Shown here: piece after piece, positions 1 through 9,441 of the stretch
Layout: each line of letters begins with the position of its first letter
Position numbering within the stretch: the stretch's first letter is position 1
From: an uncultured Bacilli bacterium
Lineage (GTDB): Bacteria; Bacillota_I; Bacilli_A; RF39; UBA660
Assembly: GCA_947589675.1 (NCBI GenBank)
Contig: CANQCI010000003.1
Coordinates: forward strand, 1 to 59,834
DNA: 59,834 bases
Direction: 5' to 3'
Position numbers and translations under genes: made by a program
Notes under the pieces: model-generated
Database searches by the model: none
Seen by the model: the letters and a program-made list of their open reading frames with translations, nothing else
Told to the model about the DNA's origin: nothing

Positions 1-46
1 GCTTTTGATTTTTTACTTTCCCTATTAGTCGTATTTACTTTGACTT

Positions 47-170
47 TTATGGGATGCATTTACTTTGAAATTTTGCCATTTTTCTAAAAATTTGCTTTAA
101 TAAATCAAATTCATATGAAGCACCTTCTACAACAATTAATACTGAACCAATATTTCTTTTAAAATTAATC
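47..170 (-). pseudogene. Truncated TOPRIM-like (RloB/OLD-partner-like) gene remnant downstream of AAA ATPase
   Basis: Manual translation gives INFKRNIGSVLIVVEGASYEFDLLKQIFRK...CIP*. The hhhVEG motif is TOPRIM-like; there is no clear start codon and it stops after ~40 aa. Confidence 0.35.
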
Positions 171-1319
171 TTTAAAGATTTTGTTGTATCTAGGCATTCC
201 ATTAAACACTCCATTTAAATACATTTTTTCTGTATTCTGAGATTCTCTCGGCATTTCCTCAGAAAATCTTTTTAAAACTGAACCATTTTTTGAATCAAAA
301 GAAACTGAATATATTTGATCTGGTCTAATCAATGTATTATTTAAAATATTCGTAGAATGTGAAGTAAAAAATAATTGTGAATTTTTGGAATAATGAAAAA
401 AATATTTTACTATGCATTCTTCTAATTCATTATGAAAACCACTACTAAATTCATCAATAATTAGCATACATTCATTATTAATAGCATGTAAAAATGATGG
501 TATTAATTCCATAAAAGTTATATTACCTGTAGATTCAAAAATTTCTGGAATATAAATGTCTGTTCCTTTTTTATTAAACGAAATAAACTTTTTATTGTCA
601 TTTGCCTTAATAAAAAATTTTTTATTTGAATTAGAGAGTTCTGCACTATATTCTATTTTTTGCTTATAATCAATTTTTTCTAAAAATTTATTTATTTCAT
701 CAACTGTGTTGTTATTTAAATATTCATGAACCAATAAGTTTGTTCCTGAATAATTAAAAACTGTTCTATAATAGCAATTAATATATACAGATTTTTTCAT
801 ATACTCAAACCATTTATTTAAAATTTCATTTCCGTAAAAATTAGTGTCAAAATAAATTCTACGTAAAAATAATAGTTTATTTGAAATATCATTAAATGTT
901 TTTTCATCATTTAAATTAAACTTGGCAGTATTACCTAATCTTTCTAAAATTATTTGCTTATCAAATATCAATTTTTCGGAAACAATTTCGTTTAAATTTA
1001 ATTCGATTAAATAAATTATTTCTTTTTCTTCCTCTATAAATGTATACTCAAGCTTGTAAGTTGGCTTATTGGTGTAAAAACTTTTATTGGGCATTAAATC
1101 TACTTCACTATTTCCAAATAATAAATCAAGCAATAAAGTTATACTTTTCAGTATTTTGGTTTTACCAGAAGCGTTTTCGCCAACAAAGAGACACCCCTTA
1201 AGTATTTTATTTCTTCCAACATTTTCAGTTTCTAAAAACTTGTAGTTAGTAGCCGAAAAATCTATTTCTGTGGGTTTAATAAAAGTTGTATAATTATCCA
1301 ATTTTATTTTTTTTAACAT
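165..1319 (-). CDS. AAA_21/ABC-type ATPase (RloA/AbiLi-like, possible defence component)
   Basis: Walker A GENASGKT, signature-like ESTGN, Walker B IIDEFSSGFH, H-loop FFTSH. Confidence 0.8.
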   Translation of the reverse strand: MLKKIKLDNYTTFIKPTEIDFSATNYKFLETENVGRNKILKGCLFVGENASGKTKILKSITLLLDLLFGNSEVDLMPNKSFYTNKPTYKLEYTFIEEEKEIIYLIELNLNEIVSEKLIFDKQIILERLGNTAKFNLNDEKTFNDISNKLLFLRRIYFDTNFYGNEILNKWFEYMKKSVYINCYYRTVFNYSGTNLLVHEYLNNNTVDEINKFLEKIDYKQKIEYSAELSNSNKKFFIKANDNKKFISFNKKGTDIYIPEIFESTGNITFMELIPSFLHAINNECMLIIDEFSSGFHNELEECIVKYFFHYSKNSQLFFTSHSTNILNNTLIRPDQIYSVSFDSKNGSVLKRFSEEMPRESQNTEKMYLNGVFNGMPRYNKIFKD

Positions 1320-1487
1320 AATATCACCTTTCTACTAATATTATAAGCAAAATGTAAAAAAAATACAACAACTTATAAAATCAATGTATTTTTTTTACAC
1401 CATAATAATTTTTAATTATTTTTTACAATAAGTATTAATTGATGACTTGTGTTTCATTTTTTCACCATACCTTTCTTAGCTAAACAA

Positions 1488-1526
1488 AAAGGAATGTCAA
1501 CATTTAATTTATGTTAACACTCCTTT
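1488..1526 (-). terminator. Intrinsic terminator after secA
   Basis: Minus strand AAAGGAGTGTTAACAT-loop-ATGTTGACATTCCTTT followed by a T-rich tail. Confidence 0.7.
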
Positions 1527-1570
1527 ATTTATCAGTGTTTTTGCTTTTATTTTCTATGAACAAATTATAA

Positions 1571-4069
1571 TCATTTTCCACAACAGTTTTTATATTTCTT
1601 ACCTGAGCCACATGGACATGGGTCATTACGACCAATTTTGTTTTTATTTACTTGCGGCTTAGCTTTAACTTTTTCTTTTCCATCATTAGCATTTAATTTT
1701 TGAGCTTTAGTTGGACGAGGTGGTTTAATTTCCTGTCTAACATCAATTTTCAAAAGGAAGGAAGCAATTTCGGCATCAATATCAGCCAAAAGTTTATCAA
1801 ACATTTCATAACCTTCCATTGTATAAGCTTGAATTGGATTAATTTGACTATAACCTCTTAACCCAATTCCTTCTTTTAAATGTTCCATCGCATTCATGTG
1901 GGCAATCCAATTACGGTCAATAATTACTAATGCTAATTTTTTTTCAACATCATGCATTAATGGCGAAATTATCATTTTCTTTTCATAATCCTTTAAAATC
2001 ATATCAAAAAGAAAATCAATAATTTCATCAGGACTTTTTCCATCAATATCTTCTATTTTTAAAACATGATTCTTTAAAAAGTTAGTATTTACATAGGAAA
2101 CAATATCTTCAATATCATTTTCTGTTAAATGATTTTCAGGTGGTATATGAGATTCTACTAAATTAGTTACAGTATTTTTAAATATCTCAACAACTTTATC
2201 ATGAATATTATCTTGATCCATTATTTCATTGCGTCGACTATAAATAATTTCTCTTTGTTCATTTAAAACGTTATCAAAATCTAAAAGATTTTTACGAATA
2301 TCAAAGTTATTACCTTCCACTTTCTTTTGAGCGGCTTCAATACTTTTGGTAAATGACTTTGAACGAATTGCTTGGTCTTCTGGGAAGCCCATGGTTTTTA
2401 ACACCTTTTTCATTTTTTCAGAGCCAAATTTCTTCATTAAGTCATCATCAAATGACACAAAAAATTGACTTGTACCTGGGTCACCTTGCCGACCTGAACG
2501 TCCTCTTAATTGGTTATCAATTCTTCGGGATTCGTGTCTTTCAGTACCAATAACATATAAACCACCTAGTTCTTTAACTTCATCTGTCAATTTAATGTCG
2601 GTTCCCCGACCAGCCATATTAGTTGCCAAAGTTATAGCTCCTTTTTCACCAGCTTTGGCTATAATTTCTGCTTCACGAGCATGGTTTTTCGCATTTAAAA
2701 CTTCATGTTTTAAACCAGCTTTAGTTAATAATTTACTAATTTTTTCATTCGATTCAACTGAGATAGTCCCAATCAAAATTGGTCTTCCCTCTTCATGAAT
2801 AAACTTAATAGTATCCACCAAAGCTTTTAATTTACCTTTTTCATTACAATAAACTAAATCTGGTAAATCATCACGAATAACTGGTTTATTCGTAGGGATT
2901 CGAATAACATACATATTATAAATATTTCGAAATTCTTCTTCTTCTGTTTTCGCTGTCCCAGTCATCCCTGATAATTTTTTATACATTCTAAATAAATTTT
3001 GGAAAGTTATAGATGCGGCTGTTTCCGCTTCAATATTAATAGGTACGCCTTCTTTAGCTTCAATAGCTTGATGTAGTCCATCTGTAAATTGTCTTCCTTC
3101 CATTAACCGTCCGGTGAAAGAATCAACAATAATAATTTCATTATTTTGCACTACATAATCAACATCTTTTTTAAAACCATAATTAGCCCGAATAGCTAAA
3201 TTAATGTGGTGAACTTGTTTTGCATTATTAACCGCATATAAATTATCGACACCTAAGAAAGCTTCAACTTTTTTACTTCCCGCCTCAGTTAACGAAACAT
3301 TCTTAGTTTTTAAATCAACGGTATAATCTTCTTCGTCTTTTAATTTTTTAGCAATTTTATCAGCTTTTGTGTATTCATCAACAGATGTTCTTCCACCCCC
3401 ACTGATAATTAACGGAGTCCTTGCTTCATCAATTAAAATAGAGTCTATTTCATCGATAATACAATAATTTAACCCACGTAAAACCTTATGTTCTTTTTTT
3501 AAAACCATATTATCACGTAGATAATCAAAACCAACTTCACTATTAGTTGAATAGGTAATATCACAAGCATAAGCTTTTTGCTTATCTGGTAAAGACATAT
3601 TATTTAAATTAACACCAACTGTTACACCTAGTGCTTCGTAAACAGGTCGCATCCATTCCGCATTACGGGTAGATAGGTATTCATTCGTCGTAACAACATG
3701 AACTCCTTTTCCCTCTAAAGCATTAAGATAAGCTGGTAAAACGGTTGTTAAAGTTTTTCCTTCCCCAGTTTTTAACTCGGCAATATTACCATAATGGGTT
3801 GCAAAGCCCCCTACAAGTTGCACATGAAATGGCTTTTCTCCTATTTTTCTCGCACAAGCTTCTCTTGCCACAGCAAAAGCGGGAACAGCGATATCATCAA
3901 TTGTTTTCCCTTCTTCTAACATTGCTTTAAATTCCGCCGTCTTATTCTTTAAGTCTTCATCACTTAAAGCTTGCATCTCTTCATCTAAAGCTTCAACTTC
4001 TTTTGCCATCTTTTCAAAACGACATAATTCTTTATATTCACTATCAATTAATTTTCTTAATATACCCAC
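1571..4069 (-). CDS. secA: Protein translocase ATPase SecA
   Basis: ELKTGEGKT, DEIDSILIDEARTPLIISG, NMAGRGTDI, C-terminal GRNDPCPCGSGKKYKNCC. GTG start at 4069 follows GAGGTGA. Confidence 0.98.
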   Translation of the reverse strand: MGILRKLIDSEYKELCRFEKMAKEVEALDEEMQALSDEDLKNKTAEFKAMLEEGKTIDDIAVPAFAVAREACARKIGEKPFHVQLVGGFATHYGNIAELKTGEGKTLTTVLPAYLNALEGKGVHVVTTNEYLSTRNAEWMRPVYEALGVTVGVNLNNMSLPDKQKAYACDITYSTNSEVGFDYLRDNMVLKKEHKVLRGLNYCIIDEIDSILIDEARTPLIISGGGRTSVDEYTKADKIAKKLKDEEDYTVDLKTKNVSLTEAGSKKVEAFLGVDNLYAVNNAKQVHHINLAIRANYGFKKDVDYVVQNNEIIIVDSFTGRLMEGRQFTDGLHQAIEAKEGVPINIEAETAASITFQNLFRMYKKLSGMTGTAKTEEEEFRNIYNMYVIRIPTNKPVIRDDLPDLVYCNEKGKLKALVDTIKFIHEEGRPILIGTISVESNEKISKLLTKAGLKHEVLNAKNHAREAEIIAKAGEKGAITLATNMAGRGTDIKLTDEVKELGGLYVIGTERHESRRIDNQLRGRSGRQGDPGTSQFFVSFDDDLMKKFGSEKMKKVLKTMGFPEDQAIRSKSFTKSIEAAQKKVEGNNFDIRKNLLDFDNVLNEQREIIYSRRNEIMDQDNIHDKVVEIFKNTVTNLVESHIPPENHLTENDIEDIVSYVNTNFLKNHVLKIEDIDGKSPDEIIDFLFDMILKDYEKKMIISPLMHDVEKKLALVIIDRNWIAHMNAMEHLKEGIGLRGYSQINPIQAYTMEGYEMFDKLLADIDAEIASFLLKIDVRQEIKPPRPTKAQKLNANDGKEKVKAKPQVNKNKIGRNDPCPCGSGKKYKNCCGK

Positions 4070-4148
4070 GTATATCACCTCACTATGTATTATAACATGA
4101 GAATTACTAAAAAACTAGGTGGATACACCAAGAAACATCAACCCATAT

Positions 4149-4172
4149 AAAAAAGATAACCTAAGTTATCTT
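4149..4172 (-). terminator. Intrinsic terminator after hpf
   Basis: AAGATAAC-ttag-GTTATCTT followed by Ts on the minus strand. Confidence 0.55.
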
Positions 4173-4179
4173 GAAAACA

Positions 4180-4713
4180 TCATTTTACGTTTATGATTCC
4201 AAAACTACCATCTTTACGACGATATAAGACGGAAACGCAATCTTCATCAATATTTTTAAAAACAAAGAAATCATGATTTAACATTTCAATTTGAATTAAG
4301 GCTTCTTCCTCATCCATCGGTTTCATATCAATATTCTTTCTTTTGACTATAATTTCTTTTTCTAATTCATCATCTGAAACATCAAATTCCATATTCATTT
4401 CAAATTTAGGGATATTTTTATATTTCTTTCCTAAACGGTCTTTGTTTTTGCGTATTTGTCTTTCCAATTTATCAATGACTAAATCAATTGCACTATATAA
4501 ATCTTCATTTCTTTCTTCCGCCCGCAACGTAAATTTGGATGTTGGTACGGTTATTTCAATAGATTGGTCTATATTCTTAACCTTTATTAATACCTTACAT
4601 TCAATATTTTTGGGATTTTCAAAATACTTATCTAATTTCCCTAGTTTTTCCGTGATGTAGTCTTTGATGGATTTAGTGACGGTTATTTTATCGCCACGAA
4701 TAACGATTTTCAA
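4180..4713 (-). CDS. hpf: Long ribosome hibernation promoting factor
   Basis: LRAEE..EDLYSAIDLVIDKLERQIRK and C-terminal KPMDEEEA..HDFFVF; upstream of secA. TTG start follows GAGGAGTGA. Confidence 0.95.
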   Translation of the reverse strand: MKIVIRGDKITVTKSIKDYITEKLGKLDKYFENPKNIECKVLIKVKNIDQSIEITVPTSKFTLRAEERNEDLYSAIDLVIDKLERQIRKNKDRLGKKYKNIPKFEMNMEFDVSDDELEKEIIVKRKNIDMKPMDEEEALIQIEMLNHDFFVFKNIDEDCVSVLYRRKDGSFGIINVK

Positions 4714-4758
4714 AAAATCACTCCTCTTTTTCATTATAACAAAAAAAAGGGAAAAAAA

Positions 4759-4974
4759 CTACTTAATTGTCGACATTTCTTCTTCAACAACATCAACAGC
4801 TTGCAAACCTTTAGAAGTTTCAATTAATTTAAAATTAACTATACTTCCTTCGTTTAAAGTTTTAAAACCATCTTTAACGATTGCTGAATAATGAACAAAT
4901 ATGTCAGAAAGTTGATCATATTGGATGAAGCCATAGCCTTTTTCGTTATTAAACCATTTGACTTTTCCTCTCAT
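4759..4974 (-). CDS. Cold-shock domain protein
   Basis: GKVKWFNNEKGYGFI, DIFVHYSAI, GFKTL.EG. Confidence 0.95.
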   Translation of the reverse strand: MRGKVKWFNNEKGYGFIQYDQLSDIFVHYSAIVKDGFKTLNEGSIVNFKLIETSKGLQAVDVVEEEMSTIK

Positions 4975-5120
4975 TATCTACCACCTACCCTTCTACTTAT
5001 AATTACATGACTAACATAATAACTAATCCATCAAACTTTATTATTTTTTAGCCACAACGAAAGTATAACATTATTGCTAACCAAAAATATTTTTAGTGTC
5101 TAAAACTTAATTTATTATGC

Positions 5121-5840
5121 TTAAAATACTTCTTTACTCTCAATGTTCTCTTTATAGTGCTTTGATAAGAGATTAATACTTATACCATTATCCAAAATAA
5201 AACTATTATGACTCCAATCAAATTTCTGAGTTCTTTGCGTATTCACTAAACAAGCTCGATGAACCTGCTTAAATCTTTCATCCAATAAATAAAAAACATC
5301 TTTTAAACCCATGTTTATTGAATATAAATTATTATCTGTTACAATGACAACCTTCCTTTCTTCGGTATCCCGATAAATATACAATATATTTTCTAAATAA
5401 ATACTTAGATTCATATCCCGATTTTGATAATTAAAACATTTTTGCTCACCCATATGCTTAAATATTAATTCTAAATCATTTTTTAATTTAATATGTTCTT
5501 TGGAACTTAAATTTAAAATATCAAATATGTTATGTAAATTATTCCAAGACGAATCCAAAATAGCTTCATTATCTTTAACTAAAATAATTTCATTATGATA
5601 ATCATTTTCCCGAATATACTTAATTAACTGATATTTGCGATTTAAATCTTTCTTGCCCAAATCTATTATATAAACTTTCTGATTTTCCTTATTTAAAATT
5701 TCTTCTTTTAATCCAGGACATATTTTTTGATACTGTTTCATCGTAATTGTATTTTCATATAAAAAATCTAATTCACTAATCACATTTCTTACTAATTTGT
5801 AACATTTCTCTTCACTACCTACCATGATAATTTTTATCAT
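5121..5840 (-). CDS. LytTR-domain regulator with degenerate receiver domain
   Basis: C-terminal F.QVHRACLVN LytTR motif. The N-terminal REC-like region lacks the acidic DD pocket. Confidence 0.75.
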   Translation of the reverse strand: MIKIIMVGSEEKCYKLVRNVISELDFLYENTITMKQYQKICPGLKEEILNKENQKVYIIDLGKKDLNRKYQLIKYIRENDYHNEIILVKDNEAILDSSWNNLHNIFDILNLSSKEHIKLKNDLELIFKHMGEQKCFNYQNRDMNLSIYLENILYIYRDTEERKVVIVTDNNLYSINMGLKDVFYLLDERFKQVHRACLVNTQRTQKFDWSHNSFILDNGISINLLSKHYKENIESKEVF

Positions 5841-5894
5841 ACGCTATTAATTATATTATAATCTCACCCAATTTAAAAGAAGCAAAGTAAGACT

Positions 5895-6497
5895 TTACAA
5901 TGCTTTTATATTCTCTAACAAATAATATTCACTATTCGTAAACATATAGGTTTTATTATGATATTTATTTTCAAAATTTTGATACATTTCAGTTATTATT
6001 TTACCATTTCCTAATAAATAGATATTGCGTTTTTTGATTTTACTTTTCAAAAAATTAAATAACTCTTTTTCGGTATTAAAAAAATTACTTTCAATTAAAT
6101 AACTTTGGTATTTATTAAATTCATCAATATAATAAAGATTAATATAATTATCCCAAATTATTACATAAGCATCTTTTTGATTTAACTTTAAATACTTGCT
6201 TTCTTTTTCAACTTGAGTTTGGCGATAATTTAGTTTTTCAAAAATATTTTTTAAAAGAGATATATCCGCGGCTGTATATTTATCATGAACTACAATTAAT
6301 ATTTTCTCACCAATTAATCCCTTATTTAAATTATATTTATCACTTAAACTTTCATATTTAGTTATAAATTTATTAATACTAGCTATTTTCCCATTATCCA
6401 TAATTCCTTTAGCTAATTTTACTTTAATAATATCTTGATGTTTATAATTTTTTAGATAAAGGCAATTATCGGTTAAGTAAAGGATATTTTTTTTCAA
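5895..6497 (-). CDS. Small degenerate MreB/Mbl-like (actin-fold) protein
   Basis: Lies directly after spoIIID, the mbl position in Bacillus. Segments GIMDNGKIA, NKGLIGEKILIVV..T..D..LLKNIFEK and IYLLGNG resemble Mbl; the phosphate motifs are lost. Confidence 0.5.
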   Translation of the reverse strand: MKKNILYLTDNCLYLKNYKHQDIIKVKLAKGIMDNGKIASINKFITKYESLSDKYNLNKGLIGEKILIVVHDKYTAADISLLKNIFEKLNYRQTQVEKESKYLKLNQKDAYVIIWDNYINLYYIDEFNKYQSYLIESNFFNTEKELFNFLKSKIKKRNIYLLGNGKIITEMYQNFENKYHNKTYMFTNSEYYLLENIKAL

Positions 6498-6500
6498 CTA

Positions 6501-6755
6501 TCATCCCTTCTTTTTTTGATATTTATTTTTAGTTACTTCTCCCCCACGAATATGCCGAATAGCCAAGTGGTCTTGAAAAATGTCGGAAACATTTTGGAAT
6601 AAGTTTTTATCTATTTCTTTTAAGCGTTCACTTAAATCTTTATGAACCGTACTCTTACTGACATTATATTTTTTGGCTACTTCCCGAATAGTTTCTTTGG
6701 TATTAACCACATGCTTGGCTTCATTTAAAACTCGATCATTTAAATTTCTCATCAT
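6501..6755 (-). CDS. spoIIID: Sporulation transcription factor SpoIIID
   Basis: TIREVAKKYNVSKSTVHKDLSERL, RHIRGGEVTKNKY. Confidence 0.95.
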   Translation of the reverse strand: MMRNLNDRVLNEAKHVVNTKETIREVAKKYNVSKSTVHKDLSERLKEIDKNLFQNVSDIFQDHLAIRHIRGGEVTKNKYQKKKG

Positions 6756-6776
6756 TAATAAACAACCCCTTAATAA

Positions 6777-6805
6777 AATTTATTATTAAGAGGTATTTTT
6801 TATGA
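6777..6805 (-). promoter_or_regulatory. Putative sigma-E promoter of spoIIID
   Basis: TCATAAA-N14-AATAAATT on the minus strand, with the same -35 and spacing as the bofA candidate. Confidence 0.45.
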
Positions 6806-7462
6806 TTATTGAAGATCATTAATATTCATTGTATAAAATTCTTCTGGATCTAAAGAGCTTCCATTGTAGTAAACTTCAAATAGTAAACAATTATCTTTTT
6901 CTTTAGTTAAATTATTGTCCCCACTTTTACCTATAATATCACCCGTATTGACATGGTCATCTTTTTTAAGATTAATTTCGCCTAAACTGTAATAAACGGT
7001 TTTTAAATTAGTATTATGGGTTATTTCAATGACATTTCCTAATATTTCATCAGTAGTAACATTTGTAACCGTTCCCTCATATACCGCATTGACGTCAAAA
7101 GCTTCACTTGATGTATATAAAATGCCACTGTTTTGTAAATAGGTATTTTCATAGTAAACTAAAGAGTTTTGTTGCGTTACCTCATCATCCTTCATATCAT
7201 AGTATGACTTACTTACCGTAACTTTTTCACTCGTAAAAGGTTTTGTGATTGTGGCAACTGGATTTTCCTCAGCTTTATCAATTTCTGCCGGTTCTGATAT
7301 TACGGGTTCAGCGTCTTTTTTTAACGCATTTACCGACAAATCATCATATTGCAATTCAGCTTTTAAAGTTGTACCAAGTACAGTTATGGTAACAAATAAG
7401 ATAACCATGATAGAAATATACAAGGTGGGAAGAACATATCCTTTCAATTTTCTTTTTTTCAT
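6806..7462 (-). CDS. spoIIQ: SpoIIQ-like membrane-anchored degenerate M23/LytM protein
   Basis: N-terminal TM, SLVYYENTYLQNSGI, degenerate M23 motifs (CLLFEV in place of HLHFE); lies between spoIID and spoIIID. Confidence 0.85.
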   Translation of the reverse strand: MKKRKLKGYVLPTLYISIMVILFVTITVLGTTLKAELQYDDLSVNALKKDAEPVISEPAEIDKAEENPVATITKPFTSEKVTVSKSYYDMKDDEVTQQNSLVYYENTYLQNSGILYTSSEAFDVNAVYEGTVTNVTTDEILGNVIEITHNTNLKTVYYSLGEINLKKDDHVNTGDIIGKSGDNNLTKEKDNCLLFEVYYNGSSLDPEEFYTMNINDLQ

Positions 7463-7480
7463 AATTCACCATCCTACTTA

Positions 7481-7510
7481 AAGTATGGGATGATTTTGGA
7501 AAATTTATAC
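7481..7510 (-). promoter_or_regulatory. Putative forespore sigma-F/G-type promoter of spoIIQ
   Basis: GTATA-N18-CATACTT on the minus strand, upstream of the spoIIQ RBS. Confidence 0.5.
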
Positions 7511-8407
7511 AACATTTTTCGTTAAATTCACATTTTTATAATAATATTTTAATATTTCCTCGTAAGTAAATCCCAATTTAGCCATTTCATTTGCCCCATA
7601 TTGACTCATTCCTACCCCATGTCCATAGCCCCTCGTTGTAATATTTATCCCCTTATCTGTAACTTCAATATCAAAATCAGTAGAACGAAGATTAAGCTTG
7701 GAACGGATGGTAGTACCTTTAAATTCTTCATCATTAATCACTATTTTATTAACTCGATTAGTATTACTTCGGGTAATTTCCCCAATCCGTATATTTGTAC
7801 AATCTAAATTTAATTGGGTGCAAAACTCCTCTTTCGCAATTGTGTTGGTAACTACAAAGTTATCCACATTTTTATCCCAAAACGAATCCACACTTTCTAA
7901 ATAATCTTCCTTTTCCCCGAATACTATGGAAGCATCTTCGGTTTTCCCATTACTCATGGCAAAATAATAAGCAATTATCACTTGGTCATTATAAGTCATA
8001 ACTTGTGAATTGGTATCTTCAACCGCTTTCTTTATTTTCGCATAATACTTATCATAATCTTGTTGCCACTTATCTTGCATTTCTTCTTTTGTTAAATATG
8101 CTTGATTAGAGATATCGGCGATAACATCATAATTTTCTTGCGTATGTTGCATTTTATATAAAGCATATGTTCGGGCAGCAACCGCTTGAGCTTTTAAAGC
8201 TTCCTCTTGAAACAATGCGGGCATTTCCGCAGCAACCACGCCAACAACATAATCTTCTAAATTCATTTTCGCAATGGTATTATCTTCTGGATTAAGTAAC
8301 GAAATATCTTCTTGGTCATTTAAAAAAGTAGTCTTATTATTTTGACTACTTAAAACAGCTATAATACTTAAAACAAATACTACCATAAGTAAATATTTAT
8401 TTTTCAT
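7505..8407 (-). CDS. spoIID: Stage II sporulation lytic transglycosylase SpoIID
   Basis: LEDYVVGVVAAEMPA, EALKAQAVAARTY, GYGHGVGMSQYGA. Confidence 0.95.
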   Translation of the reverse strand: MKNKYLLMVVFVLSIIAVLSSQNNKTTFLNDQEDISLLNPEDNTIAKMNLEDYVVGVVAAEMPALFQEEALKAQAVAARTYALYKMQHTQENYDVIADISNQAYLTKEEMQDKWQQDYDKYYAKIKKAVEDTNSQVMTYNDQVIIAYYFAMSNGKTEDASIVFGEKEDYLESVDSFWDKNVDNFVVTNTIAKEEFCTQLNLDCTNIRIGEITRSNTNRVNKIVINDEEFKGTTIRSKLNLRSTDFDIEVTDKGINITTRGYGHGVGMSQYGANEMAKLGFTYEEILKYYYKNVNLTKNVV

Positions 8408-8422
8408 AAAATTAGTTCCCCT

Positions 8423-8620
8423 TTATACAATGGTTGTGAGGCTTACAAATTCTAATAAAAATTTTGTTAATAAATAGCCAAGAGCAAAACTCAAAACCAT
8501 TGCTAATACTTTTGCTTCTTTATCATGTCCTTTTTTTATAAAGCCATTAAAATTAATTCCTGATATACCATATGCGGCGACAAAAGTAAATATGATATAT
8601 AAAATTATACTAAAGTTCAT
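8423..8620 (-). CDS. DUF1146/YwzB-like small membrane protein
   Basis: Two TM segments with a central INFNGFIKK; position upstream of spoIID resembles ywzB. Confidence 0.7.
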   Translation of the reverse strand: MNFSIILYIIFTFVAAYGISGINFNGFIKKGHDKEAKVLAMVLSFALGYLLTKFLLEFVSLTTIV

Positions 8621-8622
8621 AT

Positions 8623-9066
8623 TTAGCCTTCATTTTCTTTAGCAATTATCTTATTAATTCTTCGTAAATACTTGGCATCACTTGGAGCTTTCGTAGCTAA
8701 AAATGTATCAATCATTTTTTTAATTTCTTCTTCATCATGTTTAATACTCAAAGCAATAACATTGGCTCCATTGTGATTTTTGGCATAAAAAGCATCATCT
8801 TCATCATCGACTTTCGCACAATAAATGCCTTTAACTTTATTCGCGGAGATACTCATGCCAATTCCCGTTCCACAAACTAAAATACCCACACTATTAGGCT
8901 CTTTTAAAACATTTTGACAAACATCAAACGCAAAATCAGGGTGATCATCTAAAGGATTATTCGGTATTTTTGAATCAATGACCGTTATCCCATTATTCGT
9001 TAAATGATTAATTATTAATTCTTTTACCTTGGCTCCCCGATGGTCGGCTCCTAAAAATACTTTCAT
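8623..9066 (-). CDS. rpiB: RpiB/LacA/LacB sugar-phosphate isomerase
   Basis: GADHRG, GILVCGTGIGMSISANKVKGI, HNGANV. Confidence 0.9.
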   Translation of the reverse strand: MKVFLGADHRGAKVKELIINHLTNNGITVIDSKIPNNPLDDHPDFAFDVCQNVLKEPNSVGILVCGTGIGMSISANKVKGIYCAKVDDEDDAFYAKNHNGANVIALSIKHDEEEIKKMIDTFLATKAPSDAKYLRRINKIIAKENEG

Positions 9067-9134
9067 ATATTCCCTCTTTCCTAAATATTGTATCAAAAAC
9101 TAATTAGTTAATAAATAAAAAAACAAAAATATCC

Positions 9135-9347
9135 CTACTTTTGTTTTTGATCAAGACCAAATTTTTTATTAAATTTTTCAATATTACCAGTCTTTTTAGC
9201 TTTTCCTTGACTTCCTGTATAAAAAGGATGACATTCACTACATACTTCAACATCAATATTTTCTTTAGTTGATTTTGTCATAAATGTTGCTCCACAAGCA
9301 CAAGTAACTTTCGCATCTTTCATTTCTGGATGAATATTCGCTTTCAT
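9135..9347 (-). CDS. rpmE: 50S ribosomal protein L31 (Zn-binding type)
   Basis: [21 protein letters not shown]. Confidence 0.97.
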   Translation of the reverse strand: MKANIHPEMKDAKVTCACGATFMTKSTKENIDVEVCSECHPFYTGSQGKAKKTGNIEKFNKKFGLDQKQK

Positions 9348-9441
9348 AATTTCTCCTTTCCCATGTTTTATAAAAAAACATAGTTTCTTTCGTCTTTTGT
9401 ATTATAATATAATTAATATGGAAAAATCAAGTCTATTTTCG

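Noticed and set aside
1416-1457. 13-aa micro-ORF with an RBS-like sequence between secA and the ATPase gene
   Set aside because: Too short to support from sequence alone; it may be an insertion scar.
1571-4734. Mollicute genetic code 4
   Set aside because: secA and hpf end at TGA at their expected C-termini, and conserved proteins translate full-length under code 11.
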